A stretch of 63,475 nt of DNA, filler included, from Cercozoa sp. M6MM (GCA_040357565.1; 10 parts of 10 records of this genome joined end to end with filler, not necessarily neighbours in it); one strand, 5' to 3'. Positions 38,255 through 51,330 are shown, counted from the whole stretch's first letter. The notes: generated by a model from the letters alone, not told the origin. Numbers and translations: made by a program.

Positions 38255-39728
38255 ATGACCATCCTGCGCTCACTGGGCTTGGTTTACCTCGCAGGCTGCG
38301 GCCTTGGAGTGTACGCAATACGCAATCCGTTTCGAAAAACGCCGCGAGCTTGCACTGATGCGAAAGGGCACACTGTCAAGTGTTTCTGGAGCAAGGGCTA
38401 CAAATGGCTGTTTAAAGGTATCGGTGCTGTTGACCAGTGACGGAAGCAACGATTTGACTCTCCTGTCAGGCAACAAAGACGACTGCAGCCTGTGTCTTGA
38501 CCGTGGCAAGCTAAAGTTCAACTTGTGCAACACTGGGCGACCCGACCGACTGAAGGAAGAAAGCAGCAACAAAGAAGGCGCCTTCACCTGTCCCCAAGCG
38601 ATGCGGTTCGTACGCATCGCAGGCAAAGGCAGCAAAGTCAACAAGGATGAAATGCCAGCGGTGAACGAAGCCACTCAAATGACTGCACACATTCAACTGA
38701 TGCGCATTTTCCACGAGTGGTATGTGCGAGCAAGACGATCGGTCACCAACAAGCGTACCTGCCAGTTCACTTGGTTCTCCGCTTGCCAGCATTGCTACTC
38801 CAAGTTCCTATTGCTACTAGTTTCTATTGCTACTAGTTCGTATTGCTACTAGTTCCTATTGCTACTAGTTCCTATTGCTACTAGTTCCTCTTGCTACCAG
38901 GTCTGCAACAGAAAGTCAGAGATGCAGACAAGTACGTTTGGCATGGCGGAATCGATTATGGAAGAACACAAAAAGAAGATTTGTGTCGCATTTGTCATCT
39001 CAGTAACCTCAGGCTCTCACTTTAGCTTTCTTTAAAGAAACACTGCACTTTGTGTCTTCCAACATTCTGAAACGACTGTCTCTTTAGGAAAAACCGTTGC
39101 AACGGAAAACTGCGTCTATCTGTCGCTTCGAACAGAGTGTATGCAGGAACAACTGCCACACCCGATGTTCGTAGCCGTACACCAGGACCACGAGGACTTA
39201 GTGGACCTCTTGTTGCCCAAAATGTGTTCTTCCAGTCGCACCGAATGCGATAAAATGACAGTCCTTATTCGAGACTACCTCAGCAACAAGGTGCTCTCGA
39301 GTAGGACGGACCTTCTCAGTTGATCGGTCAAACCGTGTGTTCTGCAGCACAACAGCCAAGAGCGAAAACTCAAGGCCAAACTGTTGCAAGTGATCTACTC
39401 CTCGTGGAAGGTTCGTCAGCAGGAACGATACAGTCTGTCGCTCATTCGGTAAAGACTATCTCGCCTTCTCAGTCCTAATTCATGTGCAAGCAACAGATAC
39501 CCTCCGCAACTGTGCCGTCAATACTGCGATCGGCGTCATTTAGTGGAAGGCGCAATTAAAGGCATCGCCGAACGCTATCCGCTGTCGGAAGTCTGCTCCT
39601 GTGAGGAGACGCACACGCCTGAGTTCGAAGCCTCCCTCGACGACAGCACCAGCAACATGAACACCAAGGCACCTCCGCCGTACGATCTAGGTGAGTCCCG
39701 ACTGACCGTTACTGAAACCTTGCGGTGA
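38255..39728 (+). CDS. Hypothetical protein with N-terminal hydrophobic segment and Cys-rich region
   Basis: MTILRSLGLVYLAGCGLGVYA..., multiple exons joined by GT-AG introns; no family recognised. Confidence 0.5.
38805..38900 (+). repeat. Six 16-bp tandem units TTCCTATTGCTACTAG at an intron 3' end
   Basis: Direct reading; the final unit ends CCAG, the predicted acceptor. Confidence 0.9.
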
Positions 39729-40276
39729 ATGAGCGCTAGCAATGATGCATCACGGCGGTAGTTTAGCTTAGTTTGTTCAGTCCACTTTGGAAAAACGGGA
39801 TGTTATTTTAGTTCCCTCACCTGTTTCACTTACACTAAAACGACGGGTGTGGCCGGCTTTCTCGAGGCAAGGTCAGAATCAAATCGCCATGTGCACAGCG
39901 CTAGTCACTTCTGTTTCAGCAGTATCTCGTGTTGAGGCAAGGAAATGCACTCTTTCGTATTCTGTAGCACATAATCGGCGAAAGTAGTTGATGGTGCTGA
40001 GTGACTCAGATTTCGAGCTAAACAATTTAAACTTACCTTTACTTGAATGCAAAACGGGCGACGACATTAAAGCATCCACTTTGGGAAAACAACCCGGATT
40101 ACAATTGTACAGAATTTTTCTGACTCTCTCGAAATTGCTGAAACGCACTAAGCCGCCGATTCGTCAGTTTTCAGCAGCCAACAAAAACTGAGCCCAGAGT
40201 CGGAACATTGACTCATGGCGTCAGCTTGCGTTTTTTCGAACTCCTAGTTACAACATTGGCTTGACAATAGTGACTT

Positions 40277-42002
40277 ATGCCCGTATCTGCGAAAAAACAG
40301 GAGATCCTGGCAGCCTCTCAAGACCCGATTTTCGACAGTGGCGCGTTTGATGCAATCCAAGTAAGATTGTGCTCCTCACTGCCGAAGAAAGATGACGAGA
40401 GTTTGGTTGAAGCGCGATACGGCGGAGCAACGCCGCGCGTTAAAGTTTGAACTGCCAGAGTACCTGCGCACTCCAGAACACCTCGAAATGGTCGAAGGTT
40501 TCTTTGAGGTCGAGGGTACCCAGTTAGTCCTGAATATAAATATGCCCCGTGTGAATCCTTTGTGCCCTGACTCTGCTTAACGTTTAGGGAGACAGCTTGC
40601 GTATCGCGTGTGGCGTCCAAAGAACACGGAGGTGCAAGTGATGCTCGTGCGTGTCCTGGGTCTCAACGACAGTGCAAGGTACAAGGGTGCAAGACTTCAG
40701 TTGTTGCAGAGTCTTGTCCTGCTGTGATTGTTGCCTCTTGTGCCTCTAGATGGACGACACAGCTCGAGTTTCATCGCTGGGCGACCGAGTTAAACGCAGC
40801 AGTGTCTGTTTCTTTTGTGTGTGTGTGTTTCTTTTGTGTGTTTCGTGTTATGTGTGTTTCGTGTTATGTGTGTTTCGTTTTGTGTGTGTGTGTTGGTCAT
40901 TTTGCCTGGCGTTTCTCAACAGCTGCGTGGTGGAACCGTCCGGTCACGGCCTGAGTGACGGTTTGTGGCTCGATCTGCCTCGTGGCCTGAGCGGAATCGC
41001 CGACGACGTGGTGCGCTTTGTTGAGTTCGCACGCGATCTGCACCCCAAGGTTGACCCTAGTGAATTGTTTTCATGCCGGTTGCCATGGTGTACCCCTCTT
41101 TTTCAGGTGCCGCTGTTTGTGCTCGGCGAGAGCATGGGCGGTGCCGTAGCCTTCGATCTGGCCACAAAGCACGCTGACACTCTTGTAGTCTTTCAAAGCC
41201 ATACTCCCTTCCTTCCGTACTAGTCGATCCCTCCCCAGTCACGTCTAGGCCACCGTGGTACGATTCTAGCGGCTCCGATACTCGGCATTGACGTGCCGGT
41301 ACGCTGTGTCCTAGCACTCTTGTATCCTAGCACTCTATCCTGGCACTCTATCCTAGCACTCTTGTATCCTAGCTTTATTTTATCCCAGCTTTATTTATCC
41401 TAGCTTTATTTTATCCTAGCACTATTGTATCCTAGCTTTATTTTATCCTAGCACTCTTGTATCCTATCACTCTTGCTCTCCAGCCGGCCCGCGTGGTGTG
41501 GATGCTAAGGGCGCTGTCGTTGCTGGTGCCGAAAAGACGCATGGTGACACGTGCCTCGCTGCTGTGTGGACTTTGCTGGCACCAGGACCTTCGCCTGCGG
41601 ATTCGAAACGGGCCGTTCTTCTCGCCGGGCAAAGTGCGACTGCGTCTGGCGCGTGAAATGTGTCCTTTGACCTGCACTTTGACCTGTCCTTTGACCTGCC
41701 CTTTGACCTGCACTTTGACCTGCACTTTGACCTGTCCTTTGTGTTGTGATGCTTCCAGTCTGGTCGCATTGACGCGGATCGAGTCGGAACTGCACACGCT
41801 CGAGACACCGTTCCTCGTGCTGCACGGCAGCGAGGATCACGTCGCATGTCCCAAGCAGATCCAGCGACTCTACGAAACAAGTCGCGCGGAGGACAAGACC
41901 ATGCACCTCGTGCAGCAGGGTCCGCACTGCTTGTTCTTGGAACCCTCGACGCGCGATCACGCGCATGATCTCGTAGTCGACTGGGTGCGCCAACGCCTTT
42001 AG
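40277..42002 (+). CDS. Alpha/beta-hydrolase, monoglyceride lipase / caffeoylshikimate-esterase-like (start uncertain)
   Basis: LAYRVWRP; GHGLSDG; nucleophile elbow GESMGG; FLVLHGSEDHV (Asp); GPHCL (His); DWVRQRL*. Confidence 0.88.
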
Positions 42003-42027
42003 CTCCGTCCCGTCCCGTCTCCACTTG

Positions 42028-42154
42028 TGTTACAGCATGAACTACTGTATCCGCGCGGAAGCAAACCTTAGAAAAATCCTCAATTGCAAGAGAGGTGTCG
42101 TGTGGAAGAGTTTGACGTGTGTTCGCTGAGAAGCTGAGCAAGCTTTTTGCAGCT
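42028..42154. repeat. Dispersed three-box non-coding element, copy B (contains TCCGCGCGGA)
   Basis: Matches 15578-15725 in three ordered boxes. Confidence 0.7.
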
Positions 42155-42517
42155 GAACTCAAAGAAGGGCTCTCTCGACCAGAGGCCCTTCTTTCTTCTT
42201 TTCCTTCACGCCAACCCAAGTAATTTACTTCTCGTCTGAATCCTCACTACTCAGTTTTCGCGCGACGTTATTCCGTCAAGAACCCTTTTTACTGACTGTC
42301 CTTCCTTCTGACTACTGGGCCGCTCATCCTTCCCGACCAGTCTACTTCCTGTACTTTGCCGACCCTATCTTGGGGTAACTACATCTGAACTGACTACGTC
42401 CACAGACTCAATTCTTCTTCACATCGATGCCATTTGTTTCTTTAGTCTTTTTCCTGGCATAGTACTTTTTTGCACTACCAAAGCCTCAATTTCTGAAAGG
42501 CTGCGGTAACAAAAGGC

Positions 42518-43578
42518 TCAATTTCTGACGTGAAAGGCTGCGGTAACATCATCGGTCGGGTCGGGATAACAACCGACGAGAACTGAAAAACTCGACTCTA
42601 GAAAAACGGAGAAACGGTGTAGTGTAGGGCGCGGTCTGGCTGCTTCGTGGCAGTCCAGGACAAGTTGCTGTGCTGCAGTACTAGCAAAAGCACCAAAAGC
42701 AAGAGTAGCGGCGCCGGGGACAGCAGGAACGAGAGGACCTGAGAAAAGGCGTTTCTTGCAAAATACAGAAAACAATTCTGACATTTGTACCGACTGAAGC
42801 GAAAAGCGCGTATCCTGGGTGGCTGAAGGCGTCACAACCTATTTGGAGTGCAAATAAGCGGTAGGCAACGCATGGAGTGTGTGTGTGGCAGTACCACAAT
42901 ATCGCGAGGCGATCCCGCAGCGATCATTTGCGTTTCTGGCGTGCGTTTTGCCAGTTCGGTCTGTTGGAGCCGTGTGACCAGTCGGTCCAATTTGACGTCC
43001 AATTTGGCGTCCAGTGAGTCAGTCAGTGAGTCAGCAATCGCAGTCTGCAGGTGTGCAGCCACTGTGGGTGCCAACCGGCCTGTGTCCAGCTGACTGGTCA
43101 GCCGACTGGTCAGATCAGCGTTGATTTTGTCGGTCACTTGACTGGTCAGCTGACTGGTCAGAGTGCTGGTCAGCGTGCTGGTCACAAGGTCGGCCACGTC
43201 ACGTGCCACGACGGTCCAGTCGACTGCAGCATTCTCCGAGGACGGTGACGGCGTGACTAGCTTGTCCTCCTCGTCGTCCTACTCGTGCACATTCTGTGTG
43301 TCAGCAGTTTTTACTTAAGGCTGCGTTGTTACAAAGTGCAGCGACTTGCGCTCGCTCTGCGTGCGACGCGGGTCTGCGGACTCTTCAGTTTCGGGGTGGG
43401 CTACAAGTCTCTCACTGTGCAAGCAGTACCACTGACCGTCATGCGACGTGGTGGCGGTGTGGCGAAACCGTCTCTGGGAAGAGGGGTATAGATGAGTGTG
43501 TGGGGGGGGGGGGTAAAACTGTGGTACCTCTGCAGGTGGTGGAAACGTACGATTTCCTCGTCAGGGAGGTCCGCCAGC
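42518..43578 (-). CDS. Hypothetical protein, 5'-truncated, with LTS[TQR] tetrapeptide repeats
   Basis: Exons LADLPDEEIVRFHHLQ, DDEEDKLVTPS..VTSTLTSTLTSQLTSQ.., GPLVPAVPGAA; 3' end uncertain. Confidence 0.5.
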
Positions 43579-43678
43579 NNNNNNNNNNNNNNNNNNNNNN
43601 NNNNNNNNNNNNNNNNNNNNNNTTAATTAATTAANNNNNNNNNNNNNNNNNNNNNNNNNNNNNNNNNNNNNNNNNNNN

Positions 43679-43749
<71 letters not shown>

Positions 43750-45449
43750 AGGCATACCGCAGCGTGTTGTGAAAGCGCGGTGTCACAAAGGACAAGCTCT
43801 GGTGCGTTGCGTTCTCGTTGACGGTGAAGCGACTGCTGTGCACAACTGTGTCTCTCGAGCTGTTCTGCGTGTTGCTCTGACTCGTGTTGCCAAGGCTGCG
43901 GTCAACTTCGCTGTCGTTGTTCGTGCTGCTGACAGCCAAAGCATCTGCCATCTTGAGGGCCTGCACATAGAGTCGTTCGAAAGGAATGAAACTCCCGGAA
44001 GAAAATCACACACCTTGTCAGGCAAGTGTCTGTCCAGGTAGACTGTCGCTCGACACAGCAGATGCGCCGCGGCAGCGCAACGAACGTCCAACGAAGCCTC
44101 CGGCAGTGCTTTCTGCAACAACATCCAACAAGAGCGTTCATTTAAAAGCAAAAAAATAAAGGAAAAAGACCGAAAGACACCTGCGCATCGTTGACAACGC
44201 TGTCCTCCGTCGAGAACGAGAGCTTTTTCGCGAGAATCGACTCTTCTTTCGCCTGTTGCGACCATGCATTATCCATTATTTCAAAAAACAAGCGTACAAG
44301 AGAAAACACTGACCTCAGAGGCAGCCACGGCTAGTCGCACGCGCTGAGTCGTTTCGGTACGCAGCGCTGGCGGCACACACACGGCAAACTCAGCGCTCAG
44401 ATCAGTGCCGAACGCATCGCGCTGGTCCTCCGGACTGCTATCGTACTCGAGTCGGCTCTGCGCAGTGTATGCACATTCGAACAATCCACCTAGCAAGCAC
44501 GAGACAACTCAAAGTACGAGCTGTCGAAACGCGAGTGCGTGACACGGATTCTTTTTCAGCACCTCTTGAAGCACACGCTTCACTCTGAATCAATTTCACA
44601 GCGATTGATACACTTTACAAAATGGGTGGAAGAAAGTGAGTATTTGAAACAAGGCTACAAGTGGTTCGTGCCATTGCGAGTCGTCGTCAGTGCGCGTGCC
44701 AGCAGGTACAAGCCTTCGGCACCGTTTGTGCCTGCCGAAAGCAACAGTCACCAAAAAGCTGTGTCAGAATCAAAGCGATTAATGAATAATACCAAAATTC
44801 GGAACAACGTGTTTTCCTTCGTTGAAGGCCATTCCTCCCAGCAGTGACATCTCTGACACAGCGAAAACATCCGCATACTGCTCAACTCAACTGATTTCAA
44901 GAAGGTGCACAAGCTACCCACATCAGTCCATTGCTGCATCGCCGCTGCAGCACGAGCGTACACGTACCTCAGCTGCGCAGAAGCAGCCAAGTCAATTGTA
45001 TTAGATCGTCCGCGCGGACGGTTTAACAGGCCGCCTTGGGTCCGTGTGAGAGGCGTATTTCCGACAAAACAAAGCGCCGGCCGACGCTGTTTCACCAGTT
45101 CGATCACCTGCACCAGAATATGAATATGCTTACATTTTTAGACTACCAAAAGTGAGGTCAGCTTCTCAACTCTTACCTGTCCCGGGCGTCCCTGACGCAG
45201 CCACACGCGACAAAGCAACGCTGCGGCATCTGCTTTCAAACAACATATCAGATTCGGAGCCAAACCGAAAATTTGAAACTTTGACCATCGTGCTATTCAC
45301 TCTCAGAAAGTTAAGCAACATATCCGTCAGACACGGTAGTTACCGTGTGATGCGTGATCGGCCGCGTATACACGCTCAGCCAAGAATTCAGCTAATTCGA
45401 GATTTTCGGCATCGAGCGCTTCGTGTACTTGCTGCACAAAGGCGATCAT
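43679..45449 (-). CDS. APC/C TPR subunit, CDC27/APC3-like, 3'-truncated; true start may lie further upstream
   Basis: EALDAENLELAEFLAERVYA..DAAALLCRVWLRQGRPGQ|VIELVK..QLRYVYARAA resembles the CDC27 N-terminal TPRs. Confidence 0.6.
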
Positions 45450-45770
45450 CGTTGCCCACACGCACCAGTATGCACACTGCGCGTATCCGGCAGAAAAGTC
45501 GGGAGAGCCGGAGGAGAGCCGATTTTGAGTCGGAAAGACCACGGCCTGTGCCAGAGCTTGTTGCACCTATTGCGACTGTTCCGCGGAGACGGCGTGCATA
45601 CGAGTGCCCGGGAAGTTTGCAGACCCGTCTGGCAGAATAGGCGCGTCGCAGCATTTGTGAATAAACGCACAACAGCACCCGCAAGCGCGAGCACGTGCTT
45701 GATCTCTTTGCAAAAGCGAAAGCACTCGTTTTTGCGAAGTCGCTCGTCTTTGCGAAAACTGTGTTGGCCG

Positions 45771-46627
45771 ATGCGCCGAGTCGAAGTCCTCGCGTTTCTC
45801 GCGCTGCTATTGCAGCTGGTGGTTGCACACAGAGGTACAGTTTTTGTGCGAGTGTGTTGCGCGAGAGGGTGAGTGGAGTTGGTTTGGGGGCAGAAGATGA
45901 CAGAGATGAGGACAGGGGCGATGAGCTGCCGCCGGTACAACTGCCTGCACTCCAAGTTGTTTGTGTATGTGTGTGTGTGTTCTTTATGATTGTGGTTGAC
46001 AGGTGCTGCCGGAATCTTTCTGGTTGACGATCGTTGTGCCGACTGTTGGAACGATCTTGACTGTGCTGATCAATCTGTCGCCCTTGCCTGCTGTGGTACA
46101 TTTGTTTGTGTCTCTTTTTATAAGCTTATTGTGCTTTGTGCTTTATTTTGACTGTACGACCTGCAGAGGAAAGTCGTCGGAGAGCGAATGATCGGTGCAG
46201 TGAATCCGATGCCGTTCGCTATGCTGTGGTACTTTGTTGCTGCTGCGTGTTGGTTAGTTAACATAGTGCATGTGTGTGTGCGTGTGTGCCCAGTGTCAAT
46301 GGATTCGGCGGTGTGGCCTACGCCATGGTGATCAAGGACTCCTTTCTCTTCGTCGGCAATCTGGCCGGCGCACTCCTTGGTACGACTGCCGCGTTCGTGT
46401 GCGTGGACATGAGTGCGTGGACATGAGTGGTGTTGCACAGGCCTGTACTACTCGTTCCAATGCACGCGTTTCTCGTCGACAAAGACGCTGAACACGATCA
46501 TTACGATTGTTGTGGGCGGTACCTCTCTCTCTTTCTCTGCCCTATCCAGTTGTCTAAAGTGATGTGTTGGACAGGCTTCCTGCTGTTCAGTATCGTGGGC
46601 TTTGTCGTCATCATGCAGTGGGTGCCT

Positions 46628-46713
<86 letters not shown>

Positions 46714-48050
46714 TTCTCTCGTTTCCCTGTCTTGTAGATACTTGAGGAGTTGGTGTCTGTCTGTGTAGGGCGACGACCCGCACATGCAGCAGCTGGTGAT
46801 GGGCTTCGTGGCCGTCGGTGCCGGCATCGTGTTCTTCGCGTCGCCGCTCTCGCGCATCGCTCGCGTCATCCGAAGCTGGAACGCCGCGTCGATCTACCTG
46901 CCGTTGTCGGCGCTCCTGGTGGTCAACTCGCTGCTCTGGGTGGTCTACGCCATGGTGCTGCGGTAGCCCTGTCTCCTGTCTCTGCGTGTGCAACTAGCAC
47001 TGTGCAACTAGCACCCGAGTCTGCCGGTGTGTGCAGGGACATCTTCATCCTCGTGGCCTACGGCAGCGGTCTGGCTCTCAACGTCATCACCTGCATCGTC
47101 AAGCTGCTGCTGCCGTCGCGCGCGGACAATGGTTTCATCCGTTTCTTTTTTTGTTTTTTGCTTCTCACTGCGCTTGCTTGTTTTGACGGTATTTTCTTGA
47201 GCAGGCGTTTTGGAGTTCAACGAGGGCGACGACGAAGATGCCGAGATTCGCAAGGAGTCACGTAACACAACTCAAACTAACACAACTCAAACACACGTAT
47301 CACAACCCCGAATATGCAAAATTCTTGCTTGTGTCTTCAGTGGCCACTGTGGGTGATCTCGAGGCGCCTTTACTGTCGGATGGCAGTGCTGCTTCAACTC
47401 CCGATGTGTGTTTTTGCATTTAGTTATCGCCTCGAAACTGCTTATGATGCTATTTCGTATTTTTCTTTCCTTGCATCCAGGCGGACGACTTTGAAGTTTT
47501 CGCCGATATGCCTGTACCGATTGCGCTGTCTTTGTGTTGATTCTGATAAGTTTAAAATGCATGATTGCAGCCGTTCCGCACGACGCGACCGCGATTGGCG
47601 GCGCTCAAGCAAGGAGCGAGGTTTTTGCTCTTTCAATTTTCTTCAGTTTTCGTGGTTTGATCGACGAGTGATTTCTGCGGGTTAGACGGCGCGCATTGTC
47701 GACACCTGGTCCAATGTCGCCGAAACTAACGGTATTGGAGTGTTTCGAACTTTTCTTAGTGATTTTTTGTCTTGCAATTTATCAGCTGAAGGAATTTGTT
47801 TTTTCTTTGGCAGCCCAACAAGAGCATTCCGACGAAGCAGCAGGACATGGCGACCGTGACACTGCCGACCGAGGAGGAACTCAACCGCGGCGCCATTGCC
47901 GTGCTGCCTTCGACGCCGGTGCTGAACCGCGCGGCCGGTCGCTTTTCCTCGAACCGCTGGGCGGCGCCTTCGCTCGGTGATGTGTCTGACGCCGATCTCG
48001 ATGCCGCCAGCGACGACGACAACTCGGTTCCCTACTCGCGCATCAACTAA
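45771..48050 (+). CDS. SWEET/MtN3 sugar transporter with N-terminal signal peptide and long C-tail
   Basis: NLSPLPAV..NPMPF..FVGNLAG (repeat 1); FFASPLSRIARVIRSWNAASIYLPLS..NSLLWVVYA..DIFI (repeat 2). Confidence 0.88.
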
Positions 48051-48170
48051 CTGTCACTCTGCTTGTCATCTAAGTGTTGATTGTGAGATTGTCACTTTTA
48101 GTGACAACGACTACAGAAAAGTAAGAATGTCCCAAGTAAGAATGTCCCGGTCGCGGTAAGGTTGTATAAT

Positions 48171-50501
48171 TTAGTTGTTCGTTTGACGTCGCAATAACCG
48201 AAATATCAGAAGAGGGAAGTTACCCCAAGGTAGAGCCGTCGTTACAGTTGAGAGTGTTGAGAGGTTTGTAAAAGCAAACCCTCTTGCCTGCTCAAGATAG
48301 AGCAAGTCAGTTGCTTTGGTGTCAACAAGCACGGTTCCTTTGAGGTATACCTGGCATTGGAAAGAGGCCTTTTTTAATTCTTGCCGCAGTTTCGAGCTGC
48401 TCGCCACTACCAAACACGCTAGGCAACAAGGTTGCCAGCTTTCGACCTTAGCAAAACACAGACGCTGATTGGACCTCGCTGAAGCGAAGGGATCCGTTCA
48501 GTTCAGAATCAAAACTCCGACACGAGATCGTGAACCAGCTGGTGCCAACTCAAGTCGGAAGTCGCATTTTCAAACGAGTCGGCAAGGTGACGCAGCATGA
48601 GATCGAGCATACGCCGGTACTCGGGAGCACTAGTGTCGATGGTATCAACAACACCTGTGGAGCCTGAAGTGCCCTGGAACTCGGCCGGCAGGCATGACAA
48701 GACTCGCAGCAGATTGAGCATCGGTGCCATCGAAAGCATCGCTGTGGTCTCGACTTGCTCGGTTCGGATACGGTCCACCAAGAAAAAGCCTCCTTTCATC
48801 CATTGCTCAATGTCTCGCATCCACTCAGTCGTTAGCAACATGTGCAAACCGTGATTCGCTCTATTTAAAAAGAAAACCAAACTAAACGATCAAAACTAAC
48901 TCAGTTTACGTTAAAGAGTACCGATCAAGTGCATCACGTCCTTTTCGCGTGCGACACCAGTCAAACTCGTCGTACAGTAGCTTTTTAAAGTGCTGCGCCT
49001 TTAACACGACCTGCCAACAAGCTTGTTAAGAGCGAGTTAATCAAGCGAGCAACTGTCAGGTAAAATACCGAAGGTGTCGATGCCCAGTGACGCACGTGCC
49101 ACTGAGAAAATACAAGAAAATGACGCAATAAGCTTTCGTGCTTTAAACCACCCGTACCGATACAGTGTGCTCCATTATATTGTCCAGCGACGAGTGCGCC
49201 TTCAAACGGAATATCAGTTGTAAGTTAAAAAACTGAACCAAAAATGAAACTGTCGTACCACAACAGTGTCGTAGTTGTCGTACATCACATCATCCATGTC
49301 GAAAATGTAGTCCACTTGCTTCAGAGACGGCAATGCCTGTTAAAGCACTCCACGTGAAACACTCAACTGGATCTTTTTCTTTTTACCTCAGCTGTGCGCT
49401 GGTACCGATCGAACCAAAACATCAGCTTGTGTCCCTTGCTTTCGAGATGCTCGAGTGTTGTGTCAGCAGGGCTAGCGACCAGGTCACTTTTGGTTGCCAA
49501 CCACTCCTGTGGCAGGTGCAACTGCACACTGAACCAAGGGGAATTGAACACGATAAACTTCAGCTTTGAGTCCGAGAAAAAGAGCTATGAACAAAGCGGT
49601 ACCTTTCTAGCAGAGCCTGCACGTGAGACGCACATCGCTCCAGCGAAATTTGAGCATTTGACGTACACTAGACAACCAAAAAACGTTCAACAAAATGATG
49701 ATTGGTCAAACAGGAGAAACGCACAGCGAATTGAGCCTCCAGAAAGATCACTTCGCGCGGATTTTCAATCAAGAATTCGCGCACTTGCTGTGCCATTTTG
49801 TACATATACAGACTTGCTTAAAATCACACAAAGGTGTACCTGCATTAAAACATCGATGCGAGTGCACCGCACGCTGTGATGCTCCACCAGATATCTGCAA
49901 GCAAACTTGAAAACTTGACAAGAGGACAAAGCTTGAAATTAAAAGAGTGACGAGAAAACTACCGTGTGCCAGGCACGTTTGGGTGAGAAGGCGTGTCCGG
50001 CAAATCATGATCGTCATCGAGAAGAAAGGGACGCAGATCAAGGTAACGCACACCTCGCTCCAGCTGGTTTCGAACGCTCACCTGCCGGCAAAATAAATTA
50101 ATTTGAATGAAGAAACGTTCAAGCTTGAAACTCTTTAAAACTTCAACTTTGCTGGGATACTTTCTGGTTTTGTAGCATGACATTGACGCACTTGGACCGT
50201 GGCAGCAGCTTGAGGTACTCATCGCCGGGAACAATGATATCCTTGTTGTCAAAGACTTCGCCCGTGTTGGCGTGGTGTGACCCTAGCACCAAGGCAAGGT
50301 ACACAAAGTATTGGCTATGTAAAGAAAGTGGCACCAACTAGCGTGAGCTCTTTCAACTTGGTCTGCAGGAACAGAGAGCCCACGTTTGGGTCTTGCTCTA
50401 AAAGAACGTGAACAATCCAGTTCGAGAAGGAACAAGGTCAGTTTACTCAAGGCAGTCATCCAGTGAGGCAGATTCTGCTCCCAGAAGGCGGGAGAGGCCA
50501 T
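48171..50501 (-). CDS. PI-PLC X-domain (PLCXD-like) protein
   Basis: LPHWM; GSHHANT; VRNQLERGVRYLDLR; HSH; ENPREVIFL. Confidence 0.75.
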
Positions 50502-50848
50502 TTTGGCAGGCACTTCGAGTGCTCGCGCCGCTACTGAACGAACCAACACTTTCATTCCAGGAGCAACGCTGCACTGTTTCATTTCGCCCCAGTACCCACA
50601 CAGACGCCTGCGAAGGCGGCGATCAACCACATTGTGGCACGCACAATGTTAAATAACGCGTTCTAAAGTGCCTTTTACAGTTATACAGTACACTGTGACA
50701 CCAAACTCCGGAAGTTGAAACACCGAAACGGGAAACGCAGCGTTAACTAATTTGTGACCAACATGCACACACGATCACTTCCTTCAGCAACAACTCGAGT
50801 CGCCAACGTTGTTATTCTTGTTGTCTGGGGATCCCACACACGCACACA

Positions 50849-51330
50849 ATGAAACTGCTTGCTACACTTCTCGCTGCTGCCTGCACGGCGTCGAGTGTCG
50901 ATTTTTCTGGGTATAACAATGCTGCACTCTCTCTCTCTCTCTGAGTTGGTGGGGTGACTGCTTGATAATTGCACACTTGCACGAGTGATGCACATTCCTA
51001 TCGTACATGTGAAGTTTTGTGTTTTTTTGTGTTTTTTGCGTTTCTTGGTTTTTGAGGGTGTCCCTTACTGTGTAGCCACAAGGTGCTGCGTGCCCGTCTG
51101 CCGTCGAGTGAGCAGGGTGCCAAGCACGCTGCTGCTCAGATCGAGCTGCTCGTTGAGGTTGGGCTTTTTTAGAGGGACTCGCTTTTGGTGATTCGTGGGC
51201 ATTTTCTGTACAGAACGGTCAGGTCGACCTGTGGCGCCATCCGCGCGGAAGCGGCGATTTCGTCGATGTGCGCGTGGCGCCCGAGCACTTGGACTCGGTG
51301 CGCATGGCGTTCGGCGCCGTCAACGCCGAG
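50849..51330 (+). CDS. M14A carboxypeptidase A/B precursor: signal peptide and activation peptide only (truncated)
   Basis: MKLLATLLAAACTASSVDFSG|HKVLRARLP..LLVE|NGQVDLWRHP..VDVRVAPEHLDSV. Confidence 0.75.

Noticed and set aside
38805-38900. Regular repeats (also 41310-41483, 54783-54870) as a CRISPR array
   Set aside because: Head-to-tail tandem units without unique spacers, intronic, no cas genes, eukaryotic context.
42485-42548. 27-bp direct repeat near the end of the 42.5-kb hypothetical gene
   Set aside because: Looks like a local tandem duplication; I could not support a functional or intron-gain interpretation without transcripts.
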